DNA of 64,000 bases from Nemertoderma westbladi (taxonomy: Eukaryota; Animalia; Xenacoelomorpha). The stretch is from NCBI GenBank assembly GCA_032718475.1, contig JAUCBJ010004415.1:39761-103760 (forward strand), in the 5' to 3' direction. The notes under the pieces were generated by a model, which saw only the letters and a program-made list of their open reading frames with translations, had not been told where the DNA came from and did not search any database. This document shows, in pieces, positions 22,036 through 35,759 of the stretch (positions are counted from its first letter, which is position 1; every line of letters begins with the position of its first letter). The position numbers and the translations under genes are program-made.

Positions 22036-24904
22036 GAAGGCCTGGTAGGCCACGTAGTTAGTAGGCCGGAAGTGGCGGGCCTGGTAGGCCACACAGCAGC
22101 AGAGGGAGAGGCGGGGGTGAATAGACCCAGCCGCAGTAGGGTTAGTGTGTCGACTAGAGAGGGGTGTAGAAGTGAAGTGAGAGATAGTGAAGTAATAGGT
22201 GGCGAGTGGGGGGGGGGGGGGAGGGCTACAGGAGCCCCACAACGAGAGATTAGCGGCGAGAGGGGGGGGGGGGGGGGGGCAAAGAGTGTCCCACAAGCGT
22301 CGGCGGATAGTGCGCGGGGCAAATTAGGTGAACCGCGGCACCCGGCGATGGAGAATAGTAGGGGGATTATGAGTATCCCCAGCGGCGTGCGATCGAGCAG
22401 AGAGAGACAGGTTGACGTCGCGAGAGGGTGAGCAACAAGACGTCGAGCCCAATCAGAAGAGGGAAGAAGAACAGTGGAGTTTAACCGGGAGGTCGACGAG
22501 AGATCTCACGACCGGGGATACTGCACTACAGAGAGAAGAAGGGAAGAGAGTAGAAGAAGTGTCGTCGCGAACGACAGGAGAGTGAGGACGGATAGCGAGC
22601 CGTCGGTAGTAGAGATGGAAACGGAGAGTCAGCCGGGGTCGAACTTCGGGAGATTGCCATCATCCCGGGGAAATGCGACCTGATGAGGCGTACTACGCTT
22701 CGAGAGAGGGGTACGGGATGTACCGGTACGAGGACGAGAGCAGTAGAGGGGGTCGAAGAGAAACTTCCCGACGGGATCTACCTAGCAATCGAGAGTACGG
22801 TAGCTGCGGGAAGGATTATTCGAGAAGATTAAACTTCGATCCCGAGCGACAGATACAGACTGCAGGACATACTGTAGGCCTTACTGCACATACCATAGGC
22901 CATACTGGGAGAGATAATGTAGGCGATAGGATAGCGCGGACGACGGGATTAAACCGGAAGTCGCGGAGTACATACCGGCAGGTTGGCCAGAAGTGGATAG
23001 GCCTATACTGGTACCAGCACAGCAGTATGACTACAGCATGCAAGGACATAACATATATCCAGGGGAGGGAAGAATTATTGCAGATAGGTACATGGGCCCC
23101 AATATATTAACATCAACCCCAGTACCAAACATACCGGTGGGGGGGGGGGGGGGGGGGGCAGGGTGACATTCCCCCATTACAATATCAACAATATACTCGA
23201 ACAGCAATGAGAACATCGAACCCCCTGGACGAGAACAGGTCGTGCGATACCGAAATATGGAGGGGGCCGTTACCCCCAATGATATATCCGACGCAACAGA
23301 GGAGAACAACAGATAGGATGAACGGACCACACCCAACAGGAGAGTCTGTACAGCATCCCTCGAACCCATTGGAAGCACAGGCAATGGGAATGGCGACACT
23401 AATCGATGCATTAAAGACCAGGATCGAGTAACCACCAGTCGAGCCATTTAAATTCGACGGAAGTAGGCCGGTAGAATACCTGCAATTTCGGCGCATGTAC
23501 AGCAACGAGATATTAAGTAAGAACTTGACGCAGGCGGAGTGCCTAAAATATCTACAGGTGTATACAGGAGGGCCAGCATACGACATCGTGAGGCAGTACC
23601 AGGGCATCGAGGGTGGCTTCACGACAGCATGGCGGGCGCTAGACAGGGAATACGGACACCCAGCCAAGATCATCCGGCAAACCCTGAGAGGTATAACATC
23701 GGGTGGCCTACAGGACAACCCCGTTAGCATAAATACCTTTGCGAACACGGTCGAGAAGGCGTTAATCGTGTTAAAGACACTAGACGCACCATACGAACTC
23801 AACGCATCTAATAACATCACCACGATAGCGCAGGCACTGCCGATAATCCAGGATTCGAATGTCAATTACATCGGGACGGAACCCATAAGACCATGAGTTG
23901 TAAGCACTGGCAAGCGTTGCCCAAACAAGATCGTATAGCCTACACAGACGCAAACGGACTATGTCATCGATGTGTGGTAGAAGGACACAGATCCGGAGAG
24001 TGTAGAGAAACAGCAGCAAGAGAGGAAGAGACTGGTGGACAAACAATGGCTACAAGCACGACAGGAGTAAGAAGGAAGAGAAAAGTACTACTCGGGGTAG
24101 TACCTGTTAAGATATCAGGAAAGGGCAGTCGATCAGTTACAACATTAATGCTGGTCGACAGCAGAGCAGCCTTCACGCTGGTGGAGAATTGGGTGGCCGA
24201 AGAGATAGGGCTAAAGACGAGGCCGAATAAGATGGCGGTAACTACCGTCTCAAGTAAGGATGAGGTCCTGGAGATGAGGACGGGATGGTGCAAGATATCA
24301 GCGATTGTACCGTGATGCGATTATGGGGCGACGATCGACCCCATTCACGTCCAGAATCGATAAATATCAACGCCAGGCGACCAACCAACATTGAGGTCGA
24401 ACAATATAGATTCCTGGATGGTATCGATTTCTCAATACCAAAGGTGGACGTTAGGAAGGTGTCCATTATAGTAGGAATGGACTGCCCAACGGCCCACGAG
24501 AGAATGAAGACGGTCTTCGGCGAAGACAGACAGCGGGATTCGATGGCGATCCTCACGCCGTTCGGATAGACGCTTAGTGGCCCAGTTAAAACCAAGATTC
24601 CATCCAGAGTGACGGAGACATCAGGGTGCATGTTACCAGGCACCGTAGACGCAGAGGACGAAGAGAAGTAACTGGAGGTGGTAGATGAGCCAGACGGAGA
24701 AGTAACAGTAGGATAGTGGGCGGAGGAGAATGGATTTGATGCAGAAGATTTAGAGGCAATGGGGTGGAACAAGGGTCCCAGCAAGTATCGGTATGGAGAT
24801 GGAGAGGAGCGGATGGTGAGATGTCCGGAGGACAAACCGGAGGAGTGTCTGGTGGAGTGTCACGAGGACAATAGTCCGGAGGAGTGTCCAGAGGAGTGTC
24901 CAGA

Positions 24905-25270
24905 AGAGACGCCATTCCCCCATCACAATATCAACAATATACCCCAATAGGAATAAGAACATCGAACCCCTTGGACGAGAATAGATCGTGCGACACCGAA
25001 ATATGGAGGGGGCCGCTACCCCCAATGATATATCCAAGTCAAAGGAAAGCGGCAGACAGGACGAACGGACCGCACCCAATGGGAGAACCTATACAGCATC
25101 CATCGAACCCATTGGAAGCGCAAGCGATGGGAATGGCCATGTTAATCGATGCATTAAAAACCAGGATCGAGTTACCACCCGTGGAGCCGTTTAAATTCGA
25201 TGGGAGTAGGCCGGAAGAATACCTACAGTTTCGGCACATGTATAGTAATGAAATATTAACAAAGAATTTT
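24905..25270 (+). repeat. Internal duplication of host BEL gag segment (copy of ~23165-23530)
   Basis: RTSNPLDENRSCDTEIWRGPLPPMIYP...PPVEPFKFDGSRP is encoded twice with modest divergence. Confidence 0.85.
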
Positions 25271-25358
25271 ATTTAAATATTGTTTCCAACTACAACACAA
25301 TTCTAGAACGTTTACATTCATTTCATATTTTAAAGATTCATTTGTGTTTTTAGACATT

Positions 25359-26495
25359 ATGAGTACAAACATTCAAAGACATTTATATTCGACACAGTCC
25401 ACTGATTTAAATATTATAGAAATTTCCAAAAGTTTAAAAGATGAGGGGAGTGCGATAACATTTGCACAATCCTGTGGCCTGTTACCCATACCCACTAGTA
25501 AAAGTTCTTGCAAACATGTTGGTTGTAGCTACTCTGCCCACATTTTTAGACGTATAAAACACGGAGGTACTTGTCTAATGTGGCGTTGCAAAGGGCCACA
25601 AAGACACCAATTATCGGCAAGAAACGGGACGTGGTTTGGTGCATCTAAACTACTAGTATCCCAGATTCTATGGATTACGTTTATGTTTCTTCAAGACATT
25701 ACTTTGAACACAGCACACCTGATGCTCAATGGAATGATCGGAGGAATCAACGACCATACATTCGTTGATTGGCATAATTTCATTCGGGAACTAATGAATA
25801 GTGACATGCATAACGCTGAGCCAATGGGGGGAGTTGGGATGACAGTCCAGATCGACGAATCGATCTTTCGCGGTAAGCGTAAGTATAATCGTGGGAGGAA
25901 GCTGCTCGGGGATGTAACAAGAAGGAGAAAGATCAACAATAAACGAGTCAAAAAGATCTACAATAAACGAGTCGGTCAATTCAATACATCGGCAAGGAAT
26001 TATGGTAAACGGGTAAATGGACCGTGGATTTTCGGAATTGTATGTAAATCCCCAGGTGGCCAAGTGGATGTCTGATTGTTTTATGTTCAACGTCGAAACA
26101 TGCTGACCTTACGCCCAATAGTGGAAGCCAACGTTAAAGGAGGGACCCTAATCCATAGTGACGAGTGGGCCGCTTACTGTGGTAAGACTGTGGGAATCAC
26201 TAGCAAGACAAGGCCATGGAGGGCCCTCGATGGCAGCGGCAAGTATTTACATGAAAGTGTGAACCATAGTATCAAAGGCAAAGGCCGATTTGTGAACGTT
26301 GTCACGGGCGCCCATACGCAGCGGATTGAAGGAATATGGTCCCACGCCAAAACAACGATCATGAGGAAAAAGAGGGGAACGAAGAACTTGTTGCTCGAAA
26401 ACCATCTCGCCGAGTTTCGTTGGAGGATGCTGCACAAAGTTTCTCCATTTACTGATTTAATCGATTTAATCAAGAAATCATTCCCTACACAGTGA
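25359..26495 (+). pseudogene. Merlin (ISXO2/IS1595-like) DDE transposase with one in-frame stop (26073-26075)
   Basis: VQIDES, KRKYNRGR, WIFG, IHSDEWAAY, VNHS, HTQRIEGIWSHAK; N-terminal Cys motif and RNGTWF. Confidence 0.88.
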
Positions 26496-26573
26496 CTCAA
26501 GCAACATTTCAAATTCACTTATTCTAATAAACAAAACTAATGTTTATAATGTGTGTAAAAAATAGTAAATATA

Positions 26574-27299
26574 GGAGCTTTTGCAGTATCCGTCACACAT
26601 TTTCTGAAAAAATTTTTAATTTTTTTAATCCGGATTAAAAATAAAAAATAAAAAAATAAAAATAAAATAAAAAATACAATGTTCTAGAACTTTTTTTTTA
26701 ATTTTAAAATAGCTAGTAAATATAAAAAAATATCCAATTTGGTAGATAAATTTTCTAAAAAATAAATAATATAAATAAATAATTTTTTTTGTATTACTAG
26801 CTATTTTAAATTTGAAAAATAACTAGCTATATGTTCTAGAACATTATATTATTTGTATTATTTATGATCTAGAATAGTGTATAATCAAGGCGTACTATAT
26901 ACAAGGCCATTCCATCGAGTTAACTGGGGGCGGTGATATCTATTAAATATTAATTATAGAAAAGTATTATATACTATTCTAGAACGTAAATAAAATAAAA
27001 AATACAATGTTCTAGAACATTTTTTTTAATTTTAAAATAGCTAGTAAATATAAAAAAATATCCAATTTGGTAGATAAATTTTCTAAAAAATAAATAATAT
27101 AAATAAATAATTTTTTTTGTATTACTAGCTATTTTAAATTTGAAAAATAACTAGCTATATGTTCTAGAACATTATATTGTATTATTTATGATCTAGAATA
27201 GTGTATAATCAAGGCGTACTATATACAAGCAATTTTAACAATTTTCATTTCAATTGGGGCAATTTTCAGAAAATGTGTGACGGATACTGCAAAAGTACC
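26574..27299. mobile_element. MITE with GG..CC termini and 8-bp TSD (Merlin-type)
   Basis: TIR GGA/TGCTTTTGCAGTATCCGTCACACATTTTCTGAAAA at both ends; TSD TAAATATA (26566-26573, 27300-27307); internal tandem duplication. Confidence 0.88.
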
Positions 27300-27394
27300 T
27301 AAATATATAATTGTATAAAATTAAAAAATAAATGGTGACCCACTCCACAGTGGTGCCCTTACCCTGTTCGCTCCCATCATTGGCTGTCCCATCC

Positions 27395-27490
27395 TGGTGC
27401 TGTCTAACGCGTTCAAACAAGTGTTGGATGGTGTGTCCAACATATTCCCCCTTACAAGAGGGACAAGAGAAAGAGTAAACGACGTACCGG
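27395..27490 (-). pseudogene. GIY-YIG endonuclease fragment (Penelope-like)
   Basis: VVYSFSCPSCKGEYVGHTIQHLFERVRQH matches the Penelope-type GIY-YIG pattern. Confidence 0.65.
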
Positions 27491-27589
27491 TAAGGTTTAA
27501 AAAACGTGCTTGATTTATAAATAAAATACAATTAACTCTTTATTATTGGATTTTCAAGCTTCTACTTCAATTAATATTGATTATAGAAT

Positions 27590-29350
27590 GGCTTTTGTTG
27601 ACCTTTAATATCTCATGGATACAGTTTAATTTTCCTTTTATTATCTGTTGCCTCAATATGTAGGCACTACTATGTTATGGGTACCCACTTTTTAAACAAA
27701 TTGTTTCATATGAAAATGGCTTTTATCATGAGGTTTTTTATATCTAGAACAAATATTTGGCCTTCTGATAGTAAGATGGTAGCTAGTACTTTTAATTTTG
27801 TGTTAGCTAGTACTATTAATTAGCTAGTAATTGTAAGATATACTGGTAATTTAATTCTCAATTATATATTTGCATGGAATAATTTATGAGTCATGGTAGC
27901 TAGTAATTTTTATTTGATAGTCAAAGTAGCTAGTAATTATTCACTAGCTAGTTTTTTATATTTTATACAAAATATAGGCAGATTTCAAAATAGAGTTTTT
28001 ACTTATTTTACTTATTTAGGCCTATTTTACTTATTACTAGATTTATTTATCTTTTTATTAATTGCGAGAATATTTTGATGATATGGAATTTGTCTAAATA
28101 AAAGGGGCACTACAAAATTTATTTTGTAATTTTAACATCACTATCTAGGCCTACCTTTAAAAGCACTACCGGTAGCTACCATAATAAAAAATAATAGCTA
28201 ACCTCTCTCATAAGGTGAAAAAATTTATGTTCTAGAACAAAAAGCCATCTTGATAATATCCATTAACATGGTCCAAAATATTATTTTGTAATTTTAAGAT
28301 CACTAGCTACCTTTAAAAACACTAGCTACCTTAATAAAAAATAATAGGTAACCTCTCTCAGAAGGTGAAATTTATGTTCTAGAAAGAAAAACATAATGAT
28401 AATATCCACTAACATGGTAAAAAAAATTGATCAAAAATTAGGTACCAAAAATTTGGTTTTGTAATTTAAAAAACAGTAGCTACCTAAAAGAAATCACTAG
28501 CTACAATAAAAAAAAACAATAGCTAACGTTTAACAGAAGATGACATTAATGTTCTAAAACAAAAAACCTCAAGATAATAGCCATTAACATGGTCAAATAA
28601 ACGGTCAAAAAGTGGGTACCCATAACATAGTAGTACCAATATGTATTCTGTCAGTTTTTTGGAGAATTTATCTTCCTAGTTTAATGCACTCCTCACACAA
28701 AGCTCTGGCGTCGTATATTTTTCTTATTTTTCTCCGTACCTGTTTTTAATTGCCTTAATTTGACTTTTTGTGCATTTTGCACCTCAAAAATCTTATTATC
28801 ATAATTAAATTTTATCAATTTAGTTTTGAAAAATAACTAGCTATACGTAAGAATATGATATTTTTTATTTTATTTATGTTCTAGAATAGTGTATAATATT
28901 AAAATTTTATTCTAGAACTCTACAATCATAAAAATGTAGTTCTGTATGGAACTGTTACCCATAAATGCCCTACTAGCACATTTATAAAATAAGAACAAAA
29001 TTATATTGTTCTAGAACCGTAATTTTCCAAATATATATCAAACTTATTGTGAAAATGTAAACAATATTGTTAGTAATTCAAGTAAGAATATTAGTAATTA
29101 TATTAAATAATGTTACATGTCAATATTATTGTTTCGTTGAGTTACCGGTAGGCCTACCATTAATTACTAGAATGTTAATTGATGATGTTGTCATAACATC
29201 TAATCAATAATGTCATTATCATCACAACATATATAAGAATAATTATTTGTTACTGCAATAGTAAATTGAAGTAAAAATAATTATTTAAGAAAGTTTACTA
29301 ATTTATCATTAACAATAATTAGCACATATCTAGTATATAATTAAGAATGT
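27590..29350 (+). repeat. AT-rich dispersed repeat rich in TTCTAGAA; second copy at ~60525-61320
   Basis: Colinear near-identity between 28640-29350 and 60598-61320, and between 27595-27662 and 60525-60591. Confidence 0.8.
27663..28637. mobile_element. MITE with GG..CC termini and 8-bp TSD (Merlin-type)
   Basis: TIR GG(C/T)ACTACTATGTTATGGGTACCCACTTTTT; TSD AATATGTA (27655-27662, 28638-28645); the related repeat at ~60585 lacks the MITE. Confidence 0.9.
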
Positions 29351-31549
29351 AATTAGCAAAATTTAATGTTTTTAATTAATGTTTATTTAGAGTTGTTTTA
29401 GAAGTTGCAATGGTATATGTTATTGTGGACGTTTACTCCCAGAAACTTATAATTATCCCATGCAACCCTGGAACCCTGTTCGCAAATCCGACACCCCTCC
29501 ATGGAAGTCTTTCCTCCCCGGAGGCAGAGCGAGTTGACTCGTAGGAAGGCAAAGAGAAGTCTCTTAACATAACAGCAAATTTTGTAATAATTTATCAATA
29601 TTTGCCCCTTTTGGTGTATATTTTTAACTCCGATTTCAAAATTCCAAAATCCCTAAGTGCAGAAGTCGAGTTTCCCAACTAATTTCCCACCATCCTTACC
29701 ATTATTGGACCCAGTTGACCCAAACGTCAATAAAACGTTTCAATTAACAATATCGAAGTCAAACACTGGCATTATTGAGAGATTATTAGGACACGATGAA
29801 TCATGGTTTAAAACCATAGAGGTGCATATTGAAAAAAAATGTTGATTGAATGGTGGATTAACAATTAGGACCAATACCAGTGATGGATATCAGAAAATCT
29901 GAGAGAGATATTATAAAGTACGAACAACGAAATGAATTCGAAGACGAGTGGATAACAGTCAGAGCTAAGAAACAAATAAGGAAAAGGAAGGACAGTTGTT
30001 TCTCGACATTATACCCTATAATTAAGGAGGGCATAATATGGCTAGGGACACGAATAAACAAAACAACTCACCAGAAGGATTGGGCGTTACATACCCAATA
30101 ATCATACAAAGGAATCCCAAATGGTTATTAAGATTATAGCAGACTCACACTTCAAGGTGCGACATGGAGGAATGGAGGCAACCATTATTGCGGAAGAGAG
30201 ACAGAATTTCTGGATACAGTCATTAGGAAGGAAAATCAAGAATTATTTAAATAAATGAGTCACATGGGAATAGAGAGGGTTGAACAAATAATGGCACCAT
30301 TGCCGTACAACCATTCACAAACAGTGGGAACCATTTGTCTGGACCGATACGTGTTAAGGTGGGACGAATGTATGACAAGAGGTGGGGCGCAATACTGGTC
30401 TGCTACGCCAGTAGAGCGGTCGCTCTTCAGGTGGTAAGAAACGCCAGCGCGCACGCATTTATCAACGCATTACGTAGATTTATTCGCAGCCATGGAGGAA
30501 TGAAGAGATTCAGTATAGAAAGTGGGGGAAACTTCATTGGGGCAAATGAAGAACTAAATACGCACAGAAGTAAAGGCGACGGCAATGCGGAATGGAATAG
30601 AGTAGAAATTCCATACACCTTATACAACACACTGATCGGGGGTGTGGGAGCGGTTAATAGAGTCAGCCAAGCGGCAAATGACAGCAGTAACGAGGAACAG
30701 ATGCCTCAATGAAGACACATCAGAGATCATATTTGCCAAGACGGCAGTGCCAATGAACAGCAGGCCATTGTGTGCTCAAATTGATGACACGGAATAATAT
30801 GAAGTACTTATTGGTACTGAAGCGAGTTATTCGATAATAGAGATAGTTACTCTAAACATACGTGGAAAATTGCACAAGAAGTTTCGAGATTATTCTGGAA
30901 GAGATGGGTAGAGCAGTACCTCCCCACTCTACATAAACGACAAAAGTGGCGTAGAGAGAAATGACACCTCAGAGTAAATTATATAGTGATTGTTACAGAT
31001 GATACCTGAAAGAAGTTCGACTGGATACTCGGTTTGAGTAGTGTCTGATGACGTACTGTACTTCACTATACATAAAATACTGCTACTATAATTCTAGTCA
31101 AGTGCAACTGCAATCATAAATAATTCATAATATATTATTTTATAAATAATTTGCTTCCACTGTTGGGCGTTTATTCTATTTAATAAATACTCAATGTTAG
31201 AAAATTTCGCTAATGTATGTACATTAATACTAGGAATATCCAGATACTAGTATTATCATGTAGTTATTGCATTGTTGCCAAGCTACTTATGAGATAAACA
31301 AAATGTTCCAGAATGTTATGCATTTATTAAATAGAATAAACGCCCCGCAGCAGAAGCAAATACATGCAACTTTCGAAAGCCCATTTTCTCCACTATTTTT
31401 CAACGAAATTCAAACATTTTTACACATTTGGAATCCTTGCACGGTCAGCTTTCCACTACTACCAACAAATCACTAAATATTTGAAGAATAACTGCGTTGT
31501 AGCTAGCTGATGCAATATCGATGGAGACACTTATAGCTAAACAATTTTT

Positions 31550-32115
31550 TTTCTAGCTAAACATTGAAAGCAACTAATAAAAATTCTGGCTCCCCCAGTA
31601 AGTGGTCGGGAGGTGAAACTAGAAACAGAAAAAGCACTTTGAATGAAAGATGCGAGTCGATCACAAAACTAATGTTTCGGGCAGCTGATCAGGCACTGAT
31701 CAGGAGTCTGAGGACCAAAAGGAGATCATCTTCATCATGTTACAGTTCATCCATTTCCTAAAGTCTGCAAGACACTCGTTTGAGACTGTAATAGGGCTAT
31801 TTATGTATTTTGCGTTTAAATTAAATATATATTTGAGTGTCGTCCGCGTATAAATGGAAAGCCAGCGCATGTTTTCTAATTACATTGCCAAGTGAACGGG
31901 TGTAAATGGTGAAGAGGATTGGACCCAGGACTGATACTTGTGGGATACCGTACCGTAATGCAGTCGTTTCTTGGCTAATATTGAACTACCAACATGAACT
32001 CTCTGTGTCCACTCATCCAAATTTGATTTGAACCAACTCAAAGCCGAATCAGTCACCCCAGTGTACTTTTCAAGGCTCCTCAACAAGATTTTGTGGTCGA
32101 CTGGAACTAGGTAAA
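31550..32115 (-). pseudogene. Degenerate CR1/L2-group LINE RT fragment
   Basis: VDHKILL..L....GVTDSALSWFKS; [11 protein letters not shown] at ~31830-31860. Confidence 0.7.
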
Positions 32116-32702
32116 CCAATGAACTAATGAGTCAAAGTGTGTTTAAGGGGAGGGTATACCATAATCGGACTCCGAAGACCAAAAGTGCCATAACTCTGGA
32201 TCAGGTTGATGAATTTACTTGAAATTTGGTATGAGCATTTCGTATATGATTTGGGTTAATATGAAACATGCACTGACACCCAGATTCAACCAGGTCCATT
32301 AGCAGACAAATATAAGTGTCGAAAATGGTGTGATTTCCCAAATTGATGATCAATTTTGAAGACCAACATGATTTTTGCTGATAACTCTTTAGGAAACATC
32401 CTTTAGACCTCCTCTGAAAAATTGTCGGTCAGAATTCTCAATTTCAGCCCTAAAACGAAACCAGGGCCATTCAAATGAGAGAAACTGGCACTCCGCGATA
32501 AAATTGCGTTCATTTTTTACAAAATGTATCAAAACTTTAACATACGAAAAGATATGGCAATTTTGACCGACAATTTTCCAGAAGGCATATTTCTGGATGT
32601 CCTGGCCAAATTTCAGTTGATTTCATGAAGAATTGGCTATCTGATGGGCATTTTAGTTATTCCGTTCAATCGAAATTACAATTAGCGGTAATCAAACGTT
32701 AA

Positions 32703-34261
32703 CCCTATTAGTACCGTGCTATAAAATGTACAAATACCGGGGGGGGGGGGGGGGGGTCATATTGACCCCCCCCCCTCTAAAATCGACAAATATTTACGAA
32801 AACGTCTGATTTTCTGTTTGTACGTAGGTATCACTTGTCTGGATCCGACCGAAAAAAATTTTTTTCGAAAAATGTACTGGGGTGGTTATATTGCAGCACC
32901 AAAATTACAAGTAGTGCACAATTTTCACCAAATTTGAAAGTTACATTTTCGGCTAATTATTTTTCAATACAGTTTTCTGGGGTGCAAAATACATTGGAAA
33001 ATATTAAAAAGTGATATGATTACTATAAATGGCTGTTTAGTCCTCTCTGCGTAGGAAAAAAATGAAAAAAACAAGTACACAGCACTTTTCAGTTAGAACA
33101 CAAAATTTTTAATTCACTTATACGATGCTATAAATTCACATTTTCAGGTTTTCGAGGGCGCTGATTCTAATGGAATACATCTCTAATATGCCAGGTCATT
33201 GCTACTTGTATTTTTCGGCGTAATTTGGCAAATTTTGGTGCTAGTACCAAATTTCGTACCCATCACCAAAAAGTACAAGTTTGCGATGTCCAGTGCTGTT
33301 TTTATTGATTCCATCGGATTCACGACCCTCATAAACCCGTATAACGCAAGAAACAAGGTGATACTATCTACTTATGAATTTGCATATTTTCCAAAATTTG
33401 GTGCTGGCACAACAATTTTCACCAACCGGCGAAAAATACAAGTTTGGGAACTCTAATGAAATTTTACTGATGCCATTGAATTCAGAACCATCACAAACCC
33501 GTATAACGCAAGAAACAAGGTGACACAATCAATTGATATATTTGATGGTTTTCAAAAATTGGTGCTAGCACCACATTTTGCACCCACATCCGAAAAATAC
33601 AAGTTTGAGATGTCTAGTTCGATAATTATATTTTCCATTGAATTCAGAACAGCCATAAACCTCTAAAACGCAAGAAATAAATTGTCACAAGCAATTTTAT
33701 CTATTGAATGGATTTTCAAAATTTCGTGCTATCACCAAAATTTGCACACAGCTCCGAAAAATACAAGTTTGATACGCTTGGTGCAACTCGTATATATTTC
33801 ATCGAATCCATAAACCCAAAAAACCCCAATTGCGTAAAAAACAAGTTTCAAACGATCAATTTACAAAATTGACTTATTTCAAAATTTGGTGCTGGCACCA
33901 AAATTTGGCACCCACCGAAAAAAAACAAGTTTGAAATTTCTAAATCAATTTATATGAATTCCATCAAATTTCTAACACCAAAAAACCGGTGTAAATCAAA
34001 AATAGAGATGTTACAATTCATATTTAATGAAATGTAATTTTCAAAAAACGTCTCAAAAAAAGTGCCAAAAGTAGGGTTAAAAAATGGTGCTATAACTCGA
34101 AAAGTACCCAATATTTTTGAAAACGGTTTTCACTACTAGGAAGACAATAGATTTTTAGGAAAAGTCATAAAATTCCAGATTCCCAACTGCGTTTGTTTCA
34201 GAATTATAATAAAAAAACCACGGGAAGGGTCATATTGACCCCCCCCCCGGGTTTAATAGGG
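32703..34261. mobile_element. piggyBac-type non-autonomous element
   Basis: TTAA|CCCTATTA...TAATAGGG|TTAA; subterminal GGGTCATATTGACCCCC palindromes; internal ~180-bp repeats. Partial relatives at 40058-40730 and ~54350-55330. Confidence 0.85.
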
Positions 34262-34357
34262 TTAAAGTTTTATGCACAAATGAATAGACTGTACAGTACA
34301 ACCGATAAACTGTAACAAATACAACCAAGTAAGTAATATTATAATGAAAGTGTTCTG

Positions 34358-35734
34358 TCAGTCAAATCCTCCACTGATGTATGATGGTCCTGCTTCTTCT
34401 AGTAAGGCTACTTCTTCTTTCTTGGCTCGGGCAATCTTCTTATGTATACGCTCCCTCTTCTTCTTCCCTTGGTACCTGGCATAACTAACGCGCTTGCGGT
34501 TCTTGCGATCGATACTTCGTCGACTGTGGGTGTTGCTGGTCAGGTCATTCTGAGATGTTTTGTTTAGAATTTTATAACTACCAGATGCTCCATTGTTGAA
34601 ACTCAATATGGCACTGTTGATGGCCAGTTTGATGCGTTTATGGCCATGAAATTTATGTTTAGGAGCTCTACTCCACACTGCGCCATTCAGAGACTCACTC
34701 TGGTTCTGGGTATATCCCGGTAAGCATCGCTGAAGGAGAAGTGGATCTGAGAGTCGTCTATAGACTGGAAGTAGCAGTGGTAGAAACACAGGATCGAGGT
34801 GGTGAGGTTTGTCTGTGAATTTTTTACCTGCCTGAAACTTGCAAAAAGTAGATTCTCCTTTGTCACAATATTTGTGGCGTACTTCAGGTGTTGGCAGCAT
34901 AATGCTATGAACGATTGTTGCGAGAATGTCCCTTTTCATCTTCCAGAGACATCGCCTTTTTTCTTCTGGAGTTTTTGCTGTAGCATCCACATTCTTTCTA
35001 ATAGCATTGCCATAATATCTTGATAGACGTTCACAAGTTGGGAGAGAAAGTCTATGTTTGGAGCCTCCAACAAACTTGCCATCAGAGAGTTTGCCTTTGT
35101 TGTTCTCTCTAACATCTCGAAGGGCTTTATGGAGGCGCTTCTGCACATGGTTTATGCAATCCAGTTTATTTACTCTGTTGCAATCGACAGTACTATCAGA
35201 GTGTTGAGACCAATGTTCCTTTCCCCTATCTGAACTGTCGAATTCCTCTTTTTGAGCTTTTGTCATAGGCTCATACTTCTCACAGCTATCACAGGCTCCA
35301 TAGACATTCCAAACATTCTTATATGTTGAGCTGTCTCCATTACATATCAGTTCCTTGAACATCAATCCATGATTTACACCCATCAGACCAGAGTTTGAAC
35401 GACTAAACAACTCAATGCCAATACTGGCCTCCATTGAACCACTTGATCCTGTATGAATTGTTTGACATGTTGAGCAATCTTTAGTATGGCTCTCAAGCCA
35501 TACTTTATATTCCTTAGATCTCTTGTTCAGGGGATTGAAAGTAACCTGATTGCAGACCTTGGTACGGAACCCATAATCAAGCACTTTGCCCGACTCCATA
35601 GAGATTACTGCACCATAGCCATAATCCGATGTGTGACCCCTCTTGGCCCATGAACCATCAAATGAAACTGCAGTTTCAACAGGCAATTCATCAGATCTTC
35701 TGATTTCTTTAACGATAGATTCTATCTTTAACAT
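34358..35734 (-). CDS. Transposase, 'Mutator-like'/Kolobok-type domain (5' truncated)
   Basis: SFDGSWAKRGH.S..G, C(N)GDSS, KLDCINHVQKR, YYGNAIR, H..C....CKF, RCL.G.TQNQSESLN..VW..APK. Confidence 0.8.
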   Translation of the reverse strand: MLKIESIVKEIRRSDELPVETAVSFDGSWAKRGHTSDYGYGAVISMESGKVLDYGFRTKVCNQVTFNPLNKRSKEYKVWLESHTKDCSTCQTIHTGSSGSMEASIGIELFSRSNSGLMGVNHGLMFKELICNGDSSTYKNVWNVYGACDSCEKYEPMTKAQKEEFDSSDRGKEHWSQHSDSTVDCNRVNKLDCINHVQKRLHKALRDVRENNKGKLSDGKFVGGSKHRLSLPTCERLSRYYGNAIRKNVDATAKTPEEKRRCLWKMKRDILATIVHSIMLPTPEVRHKYCDKGESTFCKFQAGKKFTDKPHHLDPVFLPLLLPVYRRLSDPLLLQRCLPGYTQNQSESLNGAVWSRAPKHKFHGHKRIKLAINSAILSFNNGASGSYKILNKTSQNDLTSNTHSRRSIDRKNRKRVSYARYQGKKKRERIHKKIARAKKEEVALLEEAGPSYISGGFD

Positions 35735-35759
35735 TCATTTAAGATTCTAACTTAAAGAT

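Larger units (their letters stand above)
2675..31020 (+). mobile_element. Older degenerate plus-strand BEL/Pao retrotransposon, host of the nested insertions
   Basis: ...TCAACA then a TGGTCAGAGT PBS-like site at 2675. The gag-like ORF 2872-4572 resumes after 22036 in the same ~60-bp repeat. DUF1759-like gag (PPVEPFKFDGS) at ~23420-23870, Zn knuckle and protease (LVDSRA) at ~23900-24300, and integrase remnants (GPIRVKVGR..KRWG..C..SRAV.L; FWKRW...YLPTL..RQKW) at ~29850-31020. No 3' LTR was found. Confidence 0.7.
32147..35750 (-). mobile_element. Kolobok-like DNA transposon, one end intact (TTAA|GGGG), other end truncated
   Basis: TTAA followed by a GGGGAGGGTATACC terminus, similar to the TTAA/GG MITEs at 57842 and 62334; contains the transposase ORF. 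Confidence 0.6.
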
